Below are positions 60,369-64,000 of a stretch of 64,000 nt of DNA, piece after piece. The position numbers and the translations under genes were made by a program. Numbering within the stretch: position 1 is the first letter of the stretch; every line of letters starts with the position of its first letter. This stretch comes from Planctomycetaceae bacterium (GTDB lineage Bacteria > Planctomycetota > PLA2): NCBI GenBank assembly GCA_052388375.1, contig JBQTIG010000011.1, positions 92,080 through 156,079 on the forward strand, written 5' to 3'. A model generated the notes under the pieces. It had not been told where the DNA came from. It worked only from the letters and a program-made list of their open reading frames with translations, and made no database searches.

Positions 60369-62179
60369 GCGACGAGGCAAGACTGGCGGCGTTGCGGGAG
60401 AGGATCGAGGCGCTCCCCCGCGCCCCGGGCGTCTACCTCCTCCAGGACGGGCAGGGCCGCGTGGTCTACGTCGGCAAGGCGGTGGATCTGCGCGCCCGGG
60501 TTCGCTCCTACCTGCGTCCGGAGGGGGACGGCCGGGCCGCCGCTCCGTTCCTCGCGCGCCGCGTGGCCGGCGTGGACTTCATCGCCACCGGCAACGAGAA
60601 GGAGGCGCTCCTCCTCGAGAACACCCTCATCAAGCGCCACCGCCCGCGCTACAACGTGCGGCTCCGCGACGACAAGGCGCACCTCTGCATACGCGTCGAC
60701 ACCGCGCACGCCTGGCCGCGCCTCCACATGGTGCGGCGGTTCCGGCGCGACGGCGCCGTCTATTTCGGCCCCTTCACCGATGCGAAGGCGGTGCGCCGGA
60801 CGATCCGCACCCTCGGCGCCGTCTACCCGCTCCGCCTCTGCAGCGACGGCGTCCTCGCCTCGCGCTCCCGCCCCTGCCTCTACTACCAGCTGAAGCGCTG
60901 CGGCGCCCCGTGCGTCGGCTACGTGCGCCCCGAGGAGTACCGGGAGCATGTGGAGGGCATGCTGGAGCTGCTGCGCGGCCGCACCGGGCCGCTCCTGGAG
61001 ACGATGGAGCGGGCGATGGCGGAGGCGGCCGAAGCGCGCGACTACGAGCGGGCCGCGGCCTACCGCGACCGCATCGAGGCGCTGCGACGCACCACCCAGG
61101 CGCAACGAGTCGCGGGGGCGGACCTCGCCGACCGCGACGCCATCGGCCTGGCGCGCCGCGGCGAGGTGGTCGCCGCCGCCGTGCTGCACCTGCGCGAGGG
61201 ACGCCTCCTCTCCCTGCGCACGCACCACTTCCCATCCATTCTTCCCGACGGCGCGATCCTCGCCCGGCTCCTCGAGACGGTCTACCGCGAAGGGCGCTTC
61301 GTGCCCCCGGAGGTCCTCCTCCCCGCGGAACCGGAGGACGCGGAGGCGCTCGCCGGGACCCTCGCGTCGCGTCGCGGCGGGCCGGTGCGACTCCTTGCGC
61401 CGGAGCGCGGCCCGGCGCGAGCCCTCGTGGACCTGGCGGAGCAGAACGCCATCGAGGCGATCGCGGCGGCGGAGGGGGACGCGGAGCAGCGCGAGACGCT
61501 CCTCGGCAAGCTCCAGGAGCGGCTCTCCCTCGCGCGGCTTCCGCGCCGCATCGAGTGCTTCGATATCTCGACGATCCAGGGCGCGAGCACCGTCGGCAGC
61601 CGCGTGGTCTTCCTGGAGGGTCTGCCGCACAAGGAAGGGTACCGACGGTTCCGCATCCGGACCGTGCCCGGGCAGGACGACTTCGCTTCCCTGCGGGAAG
61701 TGCTGCGCCGGCGGTTCGCGAAGGAGGAAGGGGTTCCCGACCTCGTCGTGGTGGACGGGGGCGGGGCCCAACTCGCGGCGGTGCGGGCCGCCGTTCCGGC
61801 GGGCGTGGCGCTGGTCGGCCTCGCGAAGGCGCGGACCCTCGAGGGCGGCGGGCGCAGCCCGGAGCGGATCTTCCTGCCCGACACGGTGGCGCCCCTCGCG
61901 CTCCCCATGGACGCCCCGGAGACCTACCTGCTCGCCCGGCTCCGGGACGAGGCGCACCGCTTCGCCGTCGCCTACCATCGGAGACTGCGCAGCCGCAGCG
62001 CCCTGAAGTCGGAACTGGACGCGATTCCGGGCCTTGGTCCCAGGCGGCGCACCGCCCTGCTCCGCCGTTTCGGCTCGGCCCGTGGGGTCCGGGGGGCCTC
62101 CCGCGCGGAGCTGGAGGCGGTCCCCCTCCCGACCCCGGTGGTGGAGGCGATCCTGGATTGGGCGAAATCCTCTCTTTGA
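60365..62179 (+). CDS. uvrC: Excinuclease ABC subunit C
   Basis: GIY-YIG ([18 protein letters not shown]), UVR, RNaseH-like and HhH domains; ATGA overlap with uvrB. Confidence 0.9.
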   Translation: MSDEARLAALRERIEALPRAPGVYLLQDGQGRVVYVGKAVDLRARVRSYLRPEGDGRAAAPFLARRVAGVDFIATGNEKEALLLENTLIKRHRPRYNVRLRDDKAHLCIRVDTAHAWPRLHMVRRFRRDGAVYFGPFTDAKAVRRTIRTLGAVYPLRLCSDGVLASRSRPCLYYQLKRCGAPCVGYVRPEEYREHVEGMLELLRGRTGPLLETMERAMAEAAEARDYERAAAYRDRIEALRRTTQAQRVAGADLADRDAIGLARRGEVVAAAVLHLREGRLLSLRTHHFPSILPDGAILARLLETVYREGRFVPPEVLLPAEPEDAEALAGTLASRRGGPVRLLAPERGPARALVDLAEQNAIEAIAAAEGDAEQRETLLGKLQERLSLARLPRRIECFDISTIQGASTVGSRVVFLEGLPHKEGYRRFRIRTVPGQDDFASLREVLRRRFAKEEGVPDLVVVDGGGAQLAAVRAAVPAGVALVGLAKARTLEGGGRSPERIFLPDTVAPLALPMDAPETYLLARLRDEAHRFAVAYHRRLRSRSALKSELDAIPGLGPRRRTALLRRFGSARGVRGASRAELEAVPLPTPVVEAILDWAKSSL

Positions 62180-62210
62180 TCCCGTCCCGCGGCGAGGGGA
62201 TACTTCCCCC

Positions 62211-62861
62211 ATGAAGTTCTTCCTCGACACCGCCGACCTGGGCGAGATCCGCCGCTACGCCGAGATGGGCCTTCTGGACGGCATCACCACCAACCCCTCC
62301 CTGGTCGCCAAGTCGGGCAAGAGCCGCGAGGAGGTCATCGCCGCGATCTGCGAGATCGTGGATGGGCCGATCAGCGCCGAGGTCATCGCGCTCGAGCGCA
62401 AGGAGATGGTCGCGGAAGGGTTGCGGCTCGCGGAGATCCACAAGAACGTCACCGTGAAGGTGCCGCTCACTCCGGACGGCCTGGCCGCCTGCCGCGAGCT
62501 GACCCGCTCCAAGGTCAAGGTGAACGTGACGCTCTGCTTCAGCCCCGTGCAGGCGCTCCTGGCGGCGAAGGCGGGTGCGACCTTCATCAGCCCCTTCATC
62601 GGGCGGCTCGACGACATCGGCCTGACCGGCATGGGACTCGTCGCCGACATCCGCGAGATCTACGACAACTACTCCTTCCCGACGGAGATCCTCGTCGCCT
62701 CCATCCGTTCCCCCGACCACGTGCGCGTGGCCGCCAAGATCGGCGCGGATGTGGCCACGGTCCCGCCCGCGGTGATGGGCCAGCTGATCCGGCACCCCCT
62801 CACCGATCTCGGGCTCGAGAAATTCCTCGCCGACCACCGGGCGGCAGGGAAGCCGCGCTGA
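62211..62861 (+). CDS. tal: Transaldolase family protein (fructose-6-phosphate aldolase-like short type)
   Basis: 216 aa from [13 protein letters not shown]; catalytic Lys in VTVKVP. Confidence 0.85.
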   Translation: MKFFLDTADLGEIRRYAEMGLLDGITTNPSLVAKSGKSREEVIAAICEIVDGPISAEVIALERKEMVAEGLRLAEIHKNVTVKVPLTPDGLAACRELTRSKVKVNVTLCFSPVQALLAAKAGATFISPFIGRLDDIGLTGMGLVADIREIYDNYSFPTEILVASIRSPDHVRVAAKIGADVATVPPAVMGQLIRHPLTDLGLEKFLADHRAAGKPR

Positions 62862-62872
62862 CGCGGCGCAGG

Positions 62873-63751
62873 TCACGCGCGCGGGTGGTAGCGCGCGTGG
62901 ATCGACTTGAGCCGATCCTGCTCGACGTGCGTGTAGAGCTGCGTCGTGGCCACGGAGGCGTGGCCCAGGAGCTCCTGCACCGCGCGCAGGTCCGCCCTGC
63001 CTTCGAGGAGATGCGTCGCGAAGGCGTGGCGGAGCCCGTGAGGGGAGGGGATCGTGCGCAGGCCGGCGTCGCGCGCGTAGATCCGGAGGAGGCGCAGGAC
63101 CCGGTCCCGCGTGAGGGGCCGGCCGCGCAGGGAGGCGACCAGCGGCTCCTCCGATCCCGCGGCCAGCCGGTCCGCCGCGTGGGCCGCCAGCGCGCGCCCA
63201 GCCGGCCCGGGGACCGGGACCACGCGCTCCTTGCCGCCCTTGCCGCGCAGGCGCAGCAGCCCCAGCTCCCCGTTGAAGTCCCGCCGCTCCGCCCCGAGGA
63301 GTTCCCCCACCCGCGCCCCCGTGGCGTAGAGCAGCTCGAAGAGTGCGCGGTCGCGCCGTCCGCGCGGGGTCTCCTGCGCGATGCCGTCCAGGAGTGCCGC
63401 GACCTCCTCCGCGGCGGGCACGCGGGGGAGCGTGCGCCATCTCCGCGGCGCCTCGACGGCGAGGGAGGGATCGTCGGCGATCGCCCCGTCGGCGGCGAGG
63501 AAGCGGAAGAAGGACCGGAGGCAGGCGAGGCGCCGCGCCACCGTCGCCTCGCTGCGGCCGGCTCGGCGCAACGCGTCGAGGTAACCGCGGAGATGACAGG
63601 GGCGAAGCCGCTTCCCGCGAACGCGCGCGCGCTCGAGATGACGCGCGAAATCGGCGAGATCCCTTGCATACGCGTCGAGGGTGTGGGGGCTCATTCCCGC
63701 CTCGGTGCGCGCCCAGGCCAGGAAATCGGCGATCCAACCATCCATGCCCAT
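62873..63751 (-). CDS. xerC: Tyrosine recombinase XerC/XerD
   Basis: R..HxxR..Y catalytic residues (LRHAFATHLL, LGHASVATTQLYTH); N-terminal SAM-like domain. Confidence 0.85.
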   Translation of the reverse strand: MGMDGWIADFLAWARTEAGMSPHTLDAYARDLADFARHLERARVRGKRLRPCHLRGYLDALRRAGRSEATVARRLACLRSFFRFLAADGAIADDPSLAVEAPRRWRTLPRVPAAEEVAALLDGIAQETPRGRRDRALFELLYATGARVGELLGAERRDFNGELGLLRLRGKGGKERVVPVPGPAGRALAAHAADRLAAGSEEPLVASLRGRPLTRDRVLRLLRIYARDAGLRTIPSPHGLRHAFATHLLEGRADLRAVQELLGHASVATTQLYTHVEQDRLKSIHARYHPRA

Positions 63752-63836
63752 CCCTAGGATCGGCTCGCGCGGGGGCGTTTGGCTTGACGCCCCGGCATTG
63801 CGGCATATGCTTCAACGCTTTCCCCAGGAGACCCCC

Positions 63837-64000
63837 ATGGCCAAGTCGGGGAAGACCCCGAAAGTCGGTTCGAAGCGCAAGACGACCAAGGCTCCCCGCC
63901 CCTCGCCGCCCGTCGCGAAGGGGAAAGCGAAGGCGGCCCCGCCGCCGGCCAAGGCCGCCCCCAAAGCGCTCCGTCCCGCACGACCCGCCTTCACCAAAGC
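63837..64000 (+). CDS. Lys/Ala/Pro-rich histone H1-like nucleoid protein, 5' partial (runs off window)
   Basis: MAKSGKTPKVGSKRKTTKAPRPSPPVAKGKAKAAPPPAKAAPK...; RBS AGGAGA; putative promoter TTGACG-16-TATGCT about 45 nt upstream; not in ORF track because no stop in window. Confidence 0.4.
   Translation, partial: MAKSGKTPKVGSKRKTTKAPRPSPPVAKGKAKAAPPPAKAAPKALRPARPAFTK

Noticed and set aside
62873-63751. XerC/D recombinase as marker of an integrated mobile element
   Set aside because: It has full-length Xer-type N- and C-terminal domains. There is no adjacent tRNA, direct repeats, phage or transposase genes. The neighbours are housekeeping genes (uvrBC, tal).

Overview
High-GC (about 70%) bacterial chromosomal segment. 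Gene content (sphingolipid genes, myxobacterial-style lipoproteins with poly-Gly linkers, nusA-infB-rbfA, class II RNR) fits a Myxococcota-like or related deltaproteobacterial/Gemmatimonadota-like genome. Most of the window is core genome: nrdJ with NrdR boxes, tRNA-His, nusA-infB-DUF503-rbfA, thiS-thiG, nupC, fabZ, mdh, a nine-gene translationally coupled arginine operon, uvrB-uvrC, tal, xerC/D and tRNA-Arg. Less ordinary modules sit between these. They are a Spt/bCerS/CerR sphingolipid locus, an RsbW-like kinase plus STAS pair fused in operon with MlaEFD, an HPS-RraA fusion gene ahead of thiSG, a tandem zinc-ribbon/TM/DUF1570-like protease and pseudoprotease pair, an ABC-2 permease fused to a CPBP protease, and a five-gene tightly coupled operon encoding a secreted terpene-cyclase-fold protein, an Ala/Cys-rich membrane protein, an E1-like ThiF, a NIL-domain protein and a degenerate second E1-like protein. 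Four proteins share an N-terminal double-CxxC zinc ribbon followed by a TM helix. No CRISPR, no IS/transposon and no phage genes were seen. Many long Arg/Pro-rich ORFs in the six-frame track are antisense artefacts of high GC and were not called. Coordinates were derived from the ORF track by codon arithmetic; direct character counting in the sequence text disagreed locally by 1-10 nt in places, so starts and small motifs may be off by a few bases.
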